DNA of 64,000 nt. Origin: Octopus sinensis. Taxonomy: Eukaryota. The translations under genes and the position numbers were made by a program. Below, piece after piece: positions 27,088-40,513 of this stretch (positions within the stretch are counted from its first letter, which is position 1; each line of letters starts with the position of its first letter). Below the pieces are notes generated by a model. That model saw only the letters and a list, made by a program, of their open reading frames with translations. It was not told the DNA's origin and made no database searches. The stretch spans positions 40,920,001-40,984,000 of the forward strand of contig NC_043009.1 of the NCBI RefSeq assembly GCF_006345805.1, written 5' to 3'.

Positions 27088-27378
27088 ATGCGAGGCAGGC
27101 GGTACAAGATATGGAGAACATCTGGAAGAGTTGTGGCGTGTCAATGCTGCTGAAGATAAGGCTACTTCAGGCTGCCGCTTTCTCTATTGCGACGTACAGC
27201 TGCGAGCCATGGACAATGTTGAAGGCAGACAAGAAAAGAGTGAGCGCTTTTGAAGTGTGGTGTTACCGCAGAATCCTTAGAGTGTCGTGGACGGAGAGAA
27301 GGATGAAAAAGTGGGTACTAGAAAAGCTTGGTTGCGAGATGACGCTTTGGCGAAACATCACGAAGCGGAAGCTATGGG
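27088..27378 (+). mobile_element. RTE-clade LINE fragment (post-RT region)
   Basis: Uninterrupted frame IWKSCGVSMLLKIRLLQAAAFSIATYSCEPWT...RVSAFEVWCYRRILRVSWT, typical of RTE/BovB; truncated at both ends. Confidence 0.85.
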
Positions 27379-29038
27379 CAAAATACCATTAAGCATTTCC
27401 TCCAGCATGCTAATGATTCCGCCAGCTCACTGCCTTGATAATAATGGTTTTAAATTTTTGCACAAGGCCAGAAATTTCAGTGAGATGGGCTAAGTTGATT
27501 AAATCAATCCTAGTGCTTATCATCATCCTCATCATCATCATCATCGTTTAGCGTCCGTTTTCCATGCTAGCATGGGTTGGACGGTTCTACTGGGGTCTGT
27601 GAAGCCAGAAGGCTTCATCACTGGTACTTAATTTATTGATCCCAGCAGAATTTGAACTTGTAGGGAGTGGGATAGCAGAATTTGTAGGGAGTGGGATAGT
27701 CAATCTCGTTGACCCCAGGGCTTGACAGGTACTTAATTTATTGACCCCGAAAGGATGAAAGGCAAAGTCAACCTCAGCAGAATTTGAACCCAGAATGTAA
27801 AAACGGCTGAAATGCTGCACAGGATTTTCCCCAGTGTGCTAATGATTCTACCAGTTCACTGCCTTACTACTACTACTACTACTACTAATAATAATGATAA
27901 TAATAATAATAATAATAACAACAACAACAAACATATCAATGAATGGATTCAAACACCTGTTCATGAATTATTATGTCCTTCATTTAATATGGGTGGTGTG
28001 GATATTTGTGGAACTAAAGTTGCTGTATCAAGATTCTTCAGGACAATGCACCAAAACAATTGTCGCACACATACACACACACATACATGCACATGCACAC
28101 ACTCTTCAATAAACAAGCCAGCTGGATGAGGCTGTAGTACATAAAGATGAAATGAAAAGACATTTAGAGCGAAAAAGAACAAAATGAGAAAGAAAGTGGA
28201 ACAGTCAAAGAAAACAGAACAAAGAAAATTACCCCCACCACCATCATCATCATCATGGTCATCATCATCACCACCAATCTACTGACATTTCAGAAACAAT
28301 ATAAAGAAAGGAAATGAGAGAGAGAGAGAGAGAGAAGGAAGAAGAGGTGAAAAAAAAAAAAGTGTTGAATTAATGAGGGAGGTGCTATAGAATATAACAA
28401 TACAAGGGAGGAGGAGGAGGAGGAGGAGGTGGTGGTATTGAGGGAGGAATCAACAGGTGAGGAGCCCAGTTATGGTTATAGGGGTCTAGGGGGTCGGTGT
28501 GAATAAGTTGAATGAATGAATCAATGAATGAAGCTGATCATGGAAAATGGTGTACTATTAGCAAGTTTTGTTACTTCGGAAAAAACCCACCCACACAAAA
28601 CAAAAAAACACTCCGCACTATTTATCTCCCATAGACAGATTATTCTGGCATGCCAGACACCTAATGAAGAGTATACATCACAGACATGCCGACAAGTGAA
28701 TGGAATAAAAGAAGAAATGCAAATCTTACACACATACATATGTATATATGTATATACATGTATACATACATACATATATAAATATATACATATGTATACT
28801 TTTTACCTCTTATTTGTATATCCAAACTAATGCTTGTGTGTGTGTATGTATGCTTGTGTGTGTTTTCCATATCTGTGTGCGTATGTTTAGAGTGAACAAT
28901 TAAAGACACAAATTTCATATTAATTATTCCACTTTTTTTGTAAGCAATAAAGATGTAAATATAACAATGTTCCTTCATACAAAAAACCTAATTTTTTATG
29001 GGAAAAGGAAGCTACACAAAACAAACACATTTACAAAA

Positions 29039-29078
<40 letters not shown>

Positions 29079-29314
29079 TGTGTGTGCGTGCGTATGTGTG
29101 TACTGTGCAGTAAGAAGTTTGCTTTCCGAACGTAAGCATTTAGGTTCAGTCCCACTGTCTGGCATCTTGGGTGTTTTCTACTTTAGCCCTAGCCTGATCC
29201 AAAGTCTAGTGAGTGAATTTGGTAGATAGAAACCAAAGCCTGTTATATATATGTTTGTATGTGTGTGTGTGTTGTGTGTGTGTGTGTCGTGGCAAAAGAA
29301 TTTTGCAATCCAAC

Positions 29315-29716
29315 CAGGCGCAGGAGTGGCTGTGTGGTAAGTAGCTTGTTTACCAACCACATGGTTCCGGGTTCAGTCCCACTGCGTGGCACCTTGGGGA
29401 AAGTGTCTTCTACTATAGCCTCGGGCCGACCAAAGCCTTGTGAGTGGATTTGGTAGATGGAAACTGAAAGAAGCCTGTCATATATATGTATATATATATA
29501 TGCGTGTGTGTATTTGTGCATCTGTGTTTGTCCCCCTTAGCATTGCTTGACAACCAATGCTGGTGTGTTTATGTCCCCGATACTTATCGGTTTGGCAAAA
29601 GAGACCGGTAGAATAAGTACTGGGCTTACAAAAGAATAAGTCCCGGGGTCAAGTTGCTCAATTAAAGGCGGTGCTCCAGCATGGTCGCAGTCAAATGACT
29701 GAAACAAGTAAAAGAG
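29315..29716 (+). mobile_element. Near-complete composite SINE (B+F) with internal (TA)n(TG)n
   Basis: Head gcaggagtggctgtgtggtaag...ggttcagtccc through tail gactgaaacaagtaaaagag. Confidence 0.88.
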
Positions 29717-30826
29717 TATGTGGAACTTTAGACAAGTGTCTCCTGCAATAGTAGCCTCAGACTGATCAAAGGGTTTGGTGAAAGAACCCTGTTTATGTAT
29801 GTATATGGGTGCCTGTGTATGTTAGCATCTCCTAGTCTTGACATCATGTGACAGTTGTAAACAAGAGTCACTATCATGCAAGCAGTATCCTTGATTTCCA
29901 ATCTTCCACGAAAACATGTCTGGCCAAGGGGAAATATTACTTTACTCGGTAACAGATGAGAAGGTGACAGGAAATCCACATCAACAAATTATACCTGACT
30001 CCTGGAAGCACGGAAAAGTGGACATTAATACAATGTCAACGATGATGACGATGATGATGATGATATCTATCATAATGTAAGAGTTGTATAGTGAATCAAT
30101 ATATATTTGATTGATATATATTGCAAATATTGTTTGATATGCAATTTGATATGCTGGGTAGAATGGATAGTTTCTCCTACTCGTTTTAGTCATTAGACTA
30201 TGGTCATGCTGGGGTACCACTTTGTGGAATTTGTAGTTGAATAAATTGACTCCAATACTATTTTTTCTTTTCTTTTTCTTTTTCAAGCCTGGTACTTATT
30301 CTATCAGTCTGTTTTGTTGAACCGCTAAGTTATGGGGGACATAAACATACTGACATCAGTTGTCAAGTGGTGGTGGGGAACAAACACCGACACAAACACA
30401 CACACACATAAATATACAATAGGCTTCTTTCAGTTTCTGCCTATCAAATTCACTCACAAGGCTTTGGTCAGCCCAAGACTATAACTAGAAGACACTTGCC
30501 TAAGGTGCCATGCAGTAGGACTGAACCTAGAACCATGTAGCTGGGAACAAAATCAAACAATTAATGACTCTGAGTTTCACCCTAAGCTGGGCAATTCACA
30601 ACTTATGAACTGGTAACTCAAGACTATAAACTCATATATACACATACACACATCCTTTGTTTATAGAAAATGCTTTGACTATGCATATAATAGCTTCTAA
30701 TTTATTATGCTAGCTACAGCCTAATGATACCAACTAGCGATAACAGATTTTTGGAGAGCTGCACCAAGCTGTGCTGACATTAAGTAGGATAAATATAGTA
30801 ATAATAATAATAATAATAATAATTCT

Positions 30827-31031
30827 CCATGGATAGAATTTATATCTTAATGCATTGCTTTGCACATTTCCACAAATCACATGTTTTTTTTAAGGTTATA
30901 GTCTGTCATCCGTGGATACTACAGACTGTACTGTTATCATAGCAGGAATACAGGCTATGATCTTAAGAAACATGGGATTTGTGGAAATGCGTGTAGTGAT
31001 GCATTAAAACATTTATAAATTCCATGCATGG
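30827..31031. repeat. Inverted repeat, arms about 80 bp, loop 43 bp (MITE-like)
   Basis: taatgcattgctttgcacatttccacaaatcacatg pairs with catgggatttgtggaaatgcgtgtagtgatgcatta. Confidence 0.8.
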
Positions 31032-31032
31032 A

Positions 31033-31264
31033 TTATAATTATTTTTCATATACACTCAATAGATTAGACTGTTGGAAAAGAAAGGAATCCTAACATAGGG
31101 CTACAATAAGTTACCTTAGATGTCAAGAACCCTCCTTCGGGTTACCGCAAGTCACCTTAGATGCCAAGAACCCTCCTAAGTACCCTAGCTGTCCCTAATA
31201 ACACTGTTTTCTGCAGCTGTATTAAACTGAGTTTTATACCTATTTCCTCTATCCATCTATTCAG

Positions 31265-31300
<36 letters not shown>
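31033..31300 (-). mobile_element. R4/Dong-like 3' terminal fragment joined to a (TAA)n array
   Basis: Minus frame LNRWIEEIGIKLSLIQLQKTVLLGTARVLRRVLGI* directly follows (AAT)n. Confidence 0.75.
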
Positions 31301-31305
<5 letters not shown>

Positions 31306-32224
31306 CATCATCATACACACGTGTGTGTATATATTTATCAATTCTACTGATATACTTCTGTGCTGTTTAGCACAATGCATTTTCACGAGATACTTTCTAA
31401 AGACAAATATTGCAGTTCTGTGCTTTCTACAGTATATCTACATTAAGAAAGATATACAGAATGCTATTTTGAACTAACACTGCCTCTGTCGCTTATAACA
31501 AATTTTTACCCAGCTTGTCAACTATTTAAAACAGTCTCTGTTTTTCTATATCAGCAGAGGCAAAATTTGTTTGAGTAAGGAGTTGTTAGTGGATACCTGC
31601 CACTGACGACACTCAGAGAAGCAAAAATCTGGAGTTAACAATTCCACTGCTGTATGATTTTTGCCTGCTACTTCAGTGCATTTTAGCACTATATATTTTT
31701 TATAGGAGATGCCTTCTTGAGATGAATACCATAGTTTTGTGTCTTTCCACAGTATGTTCACATTAAGTAAGAATACAGAATGCTATTTTGAACTGATGCT
31801 TCTTCCATCACTAATAACAAATATGGGCATCTATTTACACATACAGTTGAAATTACAAACTGGTGCATGTGTAATGATGCAATCTTAATTACACAAGTGG
31901 TATGATAGGAGACGGAACAGGGCAAGAATTAGTGACAGTGGAATGGGGGTTATCATCATCACCATCATCAGCATTTAACATCTGTTTTCCATGCCGGCAT
32001 GGGTTAGATGGCTTATCAGGCTCTGGCAAGACCAGGTGGTCGCACCTGGTTCCATAGTCTGCCTTGGCTTGGTTTCTACAGCCAGAGGCCCTTCCTAGTG
32101 CCAACTACTGGGTGCTTTTAACATGATACCGTCACCAGTGCTTTTTACATGGCAACACCACCCAAACCTGTTCAGGTGGCACCAGCAGCAACACTAATAC
32201 GTTTTACATGGCACATGGAGTGAG

Positions 32225-32712
32225 GAAATTAAACAAAGATGAAGTCAATGCCGACAATGATGATGATGGTAATGGCAACGAGGGTGAACATGATAAATTT
32301 TGATGATGATGATGATGATTATGATGATAATAAAGAGGATGATGAAAGTGAAGATGAAAATGATGACAATAAAAATGGTGATGAAAATGACAATGACGAC
32401 GATGACAGTTAATGATAAAGATGATGATGATGATGATGATGATGATGGAAATGACAATGATGGTTAATGGCAATGATGAAGACAACGATAACAGTGATGC
32501 TGAAGATGACAATGGAGATAATGATGAAAGCAACAATGAAGATGACGACGACAACGATGATGATGATGATGATGATGATGATAGTAGTGATGCAGAAGAT
32601 GGTGAAAACATTTATGACAATGACAGAGATGATGATGATGACGATGATGATGATGATGATGTTCATGATGAGAATGACGATCATGATAATGACAGTAATG
32701 ATGGAGATGATG
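32225..32712. repeat. Degenerate (GAT/GAC/AAT)n tract
   Basis: Direct reading; produces poly-Asp/Met/His ORFs. Confidence 0.88.
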
Positions 32713-33139
32713 GCATCTCACAGCTTAGAGTTTTCTGAGATTTCATATCTTTAATCTAAATTCTTGACAGTGAAAATCTGAAATTTTTCTTTCAATATCG
32801 CAAATGGTTAATAACAAGTCATTTTAAGTTAGGTCACTGCAACATGTCAGTCAAATTACAAAATATGGGGGGATGGGGGCAGGGGGGGCAGAAACAAACA
32901 CAGATGCAAAGAAGCAAACAACAAAAAAAATTGTAGTTTTTTCTTCTTCTTGTTTTTAAAGAATGTTATGTAAAAAGTTACGTACATTGTTTAAGAGAAA
33001 GAAAGAGTGAGAGAGAGGAGGAGATGGAAAGAAGAGAGAAGAAAAAAAAGGAGAGAAGAGGGAGAGGCTATTTTATATACAAACTATGTGCTTCTGTCTT
33101 AATGAGATAGTTGAAAATGTTGTATTGTACACTGGAGCA

Positions 33140-33281
33140 TTATTTATATTTGTGTCTGTGAATATACATACAAACACACACATGCAAAGATATATATATA
33201 TATATACATACATACAAATATACATACACACATATATATATATATATATATATACATACACAGATACATACAAATATACAT

Positions 33282-33320
<39 letters not shown>

Positions 33321-34080
33321 CAAATATATAATATACACATACATACAAATATATATATATACACACATACATACAAATAATATACATACACACATCTCAT
33401 ACAAATATATATACATACACACATACATACAAATATATATACACACACAACACACACACACACAAAGATATATATATATATATATATATACACATACATA
33501 CAAATATACATACACACACACATATATATATATATATATACACACACATACATACAAATATACATACAAATATATATATATATATATATAATATATATAT
33601 ATATATATACACATACAAATATATAATATACACATACATACAGATATATATATACACACATACATACAAATAAATATACATACACACATCTCATACAAAT
33701 ATATATACATACACACATACATACAAATATATATATACACACACAACACACACACACACACAAAGATATATATATATATATACATACACACATAAATACA
33801 AATATATATATACATACACAGATACATACAAATATACATACAATATATATATACACATACAAATATATAATATACACATACATACAAATATACACATACA
33901 AATATACATACAAATATATATATACATACACACATACATACAAATATATATATACATACACACATACATACAAATATATATATACATACACACATAAATA
34001 CAAATATATATATACATACGCACATACATACAAATATATATATACATACACAGATACATACAAATATATATATACATTCG
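33140..34080. repeat. Cryptic AC/AT minisatellite with an internal approximately 294-bp higher-order duplication
   Basis: cacatctcatacaaat occurs near 33391 and near 33685; built from acatacaaatatat-like units. Confidence 0.85.
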
Positions 34081-34277
34081 CAATGTTGGGGCACTGAACT
34101 CGACACATTTTTTCCCTATTCTTATACTATTTATTTCCTCTTATTCCTTTTTGTTGAAGAGTGAAGTGTTGAAATGTAAGAGACCTTTCCATTTTTCCCA
34201 AGCGTCAAATGCTTGTTGTTCCCACATCTGTCTTCATCTTTGTTTTCCTATAAGTTTGAACTATATATATATATATA

Positions 34278-34860
34278 TCTATATCTTTATATATAAAACT
34301 GAAGTTGTGTGTGAGAGTCTGTCTACTCCGATTTAGATTCCTAACTACTCCCACATTTTGCGGTGCAGTTTAACCAAAAGCGGGTATCTTATAGTTGTGA
34401 TTCATATCGAGCCCTTCTGGGTATTATATTTCTTTACTACCCACAAGGGGCTAAACACAGAGGAGACAAACAAGGACAGACATTAAGTCGATTACATCGA
34501 CCCCAGTGCGTAACTGGTACTTTATTTATCGACCCCGAAAGGATGAAAGGCAAAGTCGACCTCGGCGGAATTTGAACTCAGAACGTAACGACAGGCGAAA
34601 TACCGCTTAGCATTTCACCCGGCGCGCTACCGGTTCTGCCAGCTCGCCGCCTTCACCGCCTTCGATATATATTCATAGCGAGCCCTTCTGGGTATTAGCG
34701 CGCGTCTACGATGAGTCTACGATTAAAAAAAAAAATTACCATCATTTTTTCGCTTTTTTAATGCATTTTTACTCGGTTTTATATAAGGGAAGTAACTCTC
34801 TAAAAATGCTTATATAGTTATTTCCTTTACAAACCGTAGCAACGTCAGGCGATACTGCTA

Positions 34861-34861
<1 letters not shown>
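34278..34861 (+). mobile_element. Non-autonomous Helitron-like element carrying a SINE-A insertion
   Basis: 5' a|TC at 34278; 3' degenerate hairpin ccgtagcaacgtcagg then gatactgCTAG|t ending 34861 (A|T target). Confidence 0.65.
34427..34671 (-). mobile_element. Young SINE family A with a 26-bp flanking duplication
   Basis: ttcata(t/g)cgagcccttctgggtatta at 34401-34426 and 34672-34697; CpGs intact. Confidence 0.85.
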
Positions 34862-34908
<47 letters not shown>

Positions 34909-35414
34909 ATATGTATAATATGGGTGGCTGATATGCAATTTTACAACATTGGGACTGTAATATATATGTCACTAAAATGACAAAGGGCACTAATCAGCAC
35001 CAGTGTTGCTAGAAATAAAAGTCAAAACAGTTTAATAGCCACAGAAGTACTATCTTAATGACTGACAAGGGAGGCAAGCTCCCTATGGCAGCAGACATAG
35101 TCAGGTGACAGATGATTTCACATTTTGATGCCTACGCATCTTAATGCTCGCTAGTGGCTGTCACCACACCTAGGGTTAAACTCAGCTTGCCATGTTAGCT
35201 TATAAGATTTTCATTGAAATCATACACTGATTTCATCAGTGGTTGGCGTTAGGAAGGGCATCCAGCCGTAGAAACATTGCCAGATCAGACTGGGCCTGGT
35301 GCAGCCTTCTGGCTTCCCAGACCCCAGTTGCACCGCCCAACCCATGCCAGCATGGAAAGCGGACGCTAAACGATGATGATGATGATGATGATATATGTGT
35401 GTGTGTGAGTATAT

Positions 35415-35465
<51 letters not shown>

Positions 35466-35896
35466 AAGAGTCTTCTCCCTCCTGTTCTGCTTTGGCCCAC
35501 TTCTCTCATACTATAACTCCTCATCTCCAAGCATAAATACCCTCCTCCTTTTGGGGGTTTGTAGATTTGCAAGCTTCACAGTGACCTCACTAGTGCTGGG
35601 GCTACAAAAATGAGCAACCAGTACATGCTAATTAAAGTGGCATATGTTAGGAAGAGCATACAGCTATGAAAAACCATGCTAAAGTGGACACGGGAATACA
35701 AAGCAGTCCTCGATCTCATCTTATCTTGTTAAACCATCCAACCAATACAAGCATGGAACATGATGATGATGACGATGATGGTGTGTGTGTGTGTGTTCAA
35801 TGGAGTTACTAGGAATGATGTGTGCATATAAACAGATTGGTTATTTGTTTTATCTGGGATTGGTCAAGCGATGAAGATACATGTAATCAGATACTA

Positions 35897-36207
35897 ATCA
35901 CAGTGATCACCATGACTGACCAGGCTATCAGATGTTGTTACACATTGCTGGTCACAATGCGCATTGCATTGTTTTAGCCTCCAAATGAAGCTGCCCCGCT
36001 GGCTAAGTGAGCAGGCCAATAGAAGAAAGAGTGAGAGAAAGTTGTAGCAAAAGAGTACAGCAGGGATCGCCACCACCCCCTGCCAGAGCCTTGTGGAGCT
36101 TTAGGTGTTTCCTCTCAATAAACATTCACAACATCCGGTCTGGGAATCGATACCGTGATCCTACGACCGTGAGTCTGTTGCCCTAACCACTGGGCCATTG
36201 CGCCTCT
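35897..36207 (-). mobile_element. SINE family C
   Basis: Reverse complement of 22417-22705. Confidence 0.82.
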
Positions 36208-37079
36208 ACAATGAGACACTAATAAAGGTCAAAAATCAATTAAGACTGTTCATCTAATCTACAAGGAAATAGGGAAATTTGAGATGTTTGCATGTCTACT
36301 GCACAGGTTTACACAACCATTAGTTGATGTCAAGACAAAGGCATGAACACACACACACACACACACACTCAGACACACACTTACACACATACATATGTGT
36401 ATATATGGATATGAGAGTATATATGTTTGTGTCTCCTTGTCATGGCATCGTGTGATGGTTGTAAATGGATGTCATTAATTTCTGATATTCAGCAAAAACA
36501 TGTCTGGCTGGTGGGGAAATATTACCTTGCTTGGAAACAGGTAATGGTTGGCAACAGGAAGTGCATCCAATTGCAAAAAAAAAAAAAACTGTCACAATGC
36601 CATGCGAGCACGTAAAAGAAGACTTTAAATAACGACGATACATGCGGACACACATTTACACACACACACGTTCAGTATTTTATGCGTGCGCATGCACGTG
36701 CAAATGTATGAATCAAAGCAATGGCAACTACTTTATGAATGATTCAAGAAGGGTTTCACACAGAAATTCAATAGGAAATTGCGCAACCCATCTCCATGTC
36801 ATCACTTGTTACTTATTACAATGATTTGTCAACACTTCAATGTAATTTATTGAAGTGCTTTGTGTTTAAAGCATACGAGGGTGAATGAAGTTTCTGGAGG
36901 AGCCAGGCACCAACATATTTGTGTATGTGTGTGTGTGTGTGTGTGTGTGTACGCACATGTTGGAGTGGAAAGATAAGAAAGCAGTTGCAGGAAATCTCAA
37001 TTTTTGTTTTCGAAAGATTTTTGAAAAATACCCAAAAATTAAAATAATTAAGAGCATGTTTAAGGGAAAATAAAAAATA

Positions 37080-37110
<31 letters not shown>

Positions 37111-38156
37111 CTTTAAATACTTAATGTCTTAAACTAAAATAAAAAAGCAAGAAATACTTCAAGGAGAAGATAAGAAACAATGTTATATTATATTTTACAT
37201 AAGTGTTTGTGTAGATGTGTGGTTATGTGCGCGTGTGTGTGTGTGTGTGTTTGTGCTAAAGAGGTTGAAATTGTGTCAGAAGTTAATAATGATTAAACAA
37301 AAATAAAACAGGAAGACTAATTAATAATGAAAATAAAAACGAATAAATAAAATGCATCGTTTTATAATTAATTGAGTGCCAAAGTGTGGTTTGTCATCAG
37401 CAATTGAACGGCACCAATTTTGGTACAGTTCTCTAGAATTGACAAGTGTAACTTGGATCTTTAGGTGCATTAGCATAATTTTTTTCAAATATTTTGTATC
37501 TTTTAATATTTTTTTAATCTTTTATCTTTGAATTGTTTCAGTCATTAGATTGTGGCCATCTTGCAGAGTTTTTAGTTGAGTGAATCAACCCCCAGTACTT
37601 TCTTTGTAAAGCCTAGTACTTATTCTATCGGTCTCGTGTGCTGACCTGCCAAGTTAACAGGGGTGAAAACAAACCAACACTGGTTGTCAAGTGGTGGTGG
37701 TGGACAAACATACACACAAAAGCACTCACACACATGTATGTATGTGTATACCATCATCATCATCATCGTTTAACATCTGTTTTCCTTGGTAGCATGGGTT
37801 GGACAGTTTGACCGGGGTTTGGGAAGCAAGGAGGCTGCACCAGGCTCCAGTCTGATCTGGCAGTGTTTCTACAGCTGGATGCCTTTCCTAATGCCAGCCA
37901 CTCCATGAGTGTAATGGGTACTTTTCATGTGCCAAGGGAGGCTGGCAATGGCCACGAATGGTTGGTGCTTTTTACGTGCCACTGGCACGGAAGCCAGTCA
38001 AGTCGGCGCTGGCATCGGCCACATTTGGATGGTGCTTTTTATGTGCCACCAGCATATGGGTCTCACAACTACAATTTGCATTTGATTTTTTATTTTGATG
38101 TTGATGTACTTGACTCAATAGGTCTCTTCAAGCATATATATATCTATATCCATCTA

Positions 38157-38223
<67 letters not shown>

Positions 38224-38410
38224 GAGTTTTTTTCAGTTTCTGTCTATTAAGTCCACTCACCCAAGGTGCCATGCAGTGGGAATGAACTGGGCACCATGTA
38301 GTTGGGAAACAAGCTTCTTACCGTACAGCCACATCTGAGACTCTAATTTTTTTTTTTTTTTTTTAATCTAAATTCAGCTCACGAGCTGTGGCCATGCTGG
38401 GGCACCGCCA

Positions 38411-39654
38411 TTTCTAATGTACATCATAATTTTGAAATATCTACAAAACCATCAAAAGCTTGTTTATTTTAATGTTTTTTGATTTATTATTATTAGTGTT
38501 GCTTAATGTTTTGCTTAAATTGCTGTTTCTTTTCAATTATCGTTAGAAAAAGGTAATTAAAATTCATTAAAATGACAGATTTATCAGACTTTCAAAGAAG
38601 TCAAATTGTTGTTGCTCATATGGCAGACGCTAGTGTAATGAAAATAGCTGAAATGTTTGGTGTATCAGGAAATACAGTCACGAAAGTAATGACAGCCTTT
38701 GAGAAAGAGGGGAAAAACATCCCTGTTGAAAAAAAAACTCCAGGAAAAAAAAAAACTTTCAGATAGGGACTGTCAGGCACTTATGCAATTTGTTAAAAAG
38801 GATCACAAAAGTATAGCTCCCAAAATTACTGCAGAACTTAATGACCACCTCGAGAACCCAGTTTCCACAAAAACTGTTTGCTGGGAGATGCACAAAGCTG
38901 GATTTTATATGAGGGCTGCAATCAGAAAACCACTACTTTCAAAAACAAACATTGCAAAGTGTTTAGAGTAGAGTAAAAACCAACAGAATTGGTCCCTAGA
39001 GCAGTGGGAATGTTATTTTCTTGGATGAGTCATCCTTTACCTTATTTCCAACCACCGGCCAAGTATATTTGTGGAGACAGCCATAAAGAACCATTTGACC
39101 CAGACTACCTTCTTTCAACTGTTAAACATGGAGGAGGATCTGTGATGATCTGAGGGCTATATCTTGGAGATCTGCTGGCCAAATGGTTTCTCCTCATGGC
39201 AGAATTAATAATCAAGACTATTTAAGCATTTTATCTGATCAAATTCATTCTATGGTTGCGGAAGTATTTCTGGAGGGAAACGCAATCTTTCAGGATGATA
39301 ATGTATCAATTCACACAGCTTAAGTTGTTACTGAATGGCATGAGAAACATTCTAGTGAAGTTGAACATCTTATCTGGCCACCACAGTCCCCAGATCTGAA
39401 TATTATTGAACATTTATGGTGCATTTTAGAAAAACAAGTAAGGAGTCGATATCCTCCACCATCATCACTACAAGAACTGGAAACTGTTTTAGCTGAAGAA
39501 TGGACAAAAATTCATTTGGAAACAATTCAAATTTTGTATGATTACATATCTCATAGAATTCAAGGTGTAATTACAGCCAAAGGTGGTCCTACCCTATATT
39601 AAAAAAAATTTGTTTGAAATTTCAAGGTGTTTCCATTATTTTGTCCAACCCCTG
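38411..39654 (+). mobile_element. Defective Tc1-family transposon, DD36E spacing, left TIR missing
   Basis: Frameshifted transposase from ATG 38572 to TAA 39600-39602 with VIF.DESSF, FQDDN and WPPQSPDLNIIEHLW motifs; right TIR ggtgtttccattattttgtccaacccctg followed by TA. Confidence 0.9.
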
Positions 39655-39674
39655 TATATATGTGTGTGTGTGTG

Positions 39675-39713
<39 letters not shown>

Positions 39714-39792
39714 TATATATATATGTATATTATTATTGTCATCATCATCATCATAAATCAACATCCGTTTCCCATGCTGGAATGAGTTGGGC

Positions 39793-39831
<39 letters not shown>

Positions 39832-40378
39832 AAAGCAAGAAATAATAGTCATTACATATTTTCCCTTTATTAGAGAAAGTTTGGCTTACAGCTGTTTCCA
39901 GTAGTCATTGTAAGTACATTATTGATAGGTTTACTCAACTGGTCTGTTCATCAGCTGAGAAAAATTGAATACCCCACCAAAAATTAACATTACTTTCATC
40001 AGATCCATTTCTGAACATTCTCTGTTTTTTTCCCCCATCCTTGTTTTTGTATACATTCACTGCTTTCTTCCAAGGTATCTAATGCTCTTAGCTTAGTTTT
40101 TCTTTGGGGCTAGGCCAGAATGGAGCAATCTCGAGTATAACCAGCAGAAATTGCAAAGATAACCCGGAACTTGACCGAGGACATCTAGGTGATACAAATA
40201 ACCTGGAACTTGACTGAGGAAAGCAAACTCCGAATGACCCATCCTTGTTTTCCTTGTATCGTCTATCTGGATGTTTTGTTGTCCCTTTTTTGTATCACCT
40301 AGATGTCCGGATGTTTTGCTTTCTTGTCCCATTTTGTATGTTATATATATATGTATGTATGCATGCATGTATGTATAT

Positions 40379-40456
<78 letters not shown>

Positions 40457-40513
40457 TCCATACATACACAGAAACTGATATGATTAATAATCAACTTTGA
40501 ATTGAGTACTTAC

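Noticed and set aside
32412-32738. Asp-rich acidic ORF resembling a biomineralisation protein
   Set aside because: Degenerate (GAT)n tract, open in most frames on both strands, antisense within an intron, with no splice or promoter support.
33140-34108. Longest ORFs in the track (322 and 320 aa)
   Set aside because: Translations of an AC/AT minisatellite (Y/I/V/C/M only); such repeats lack stops in several frames.
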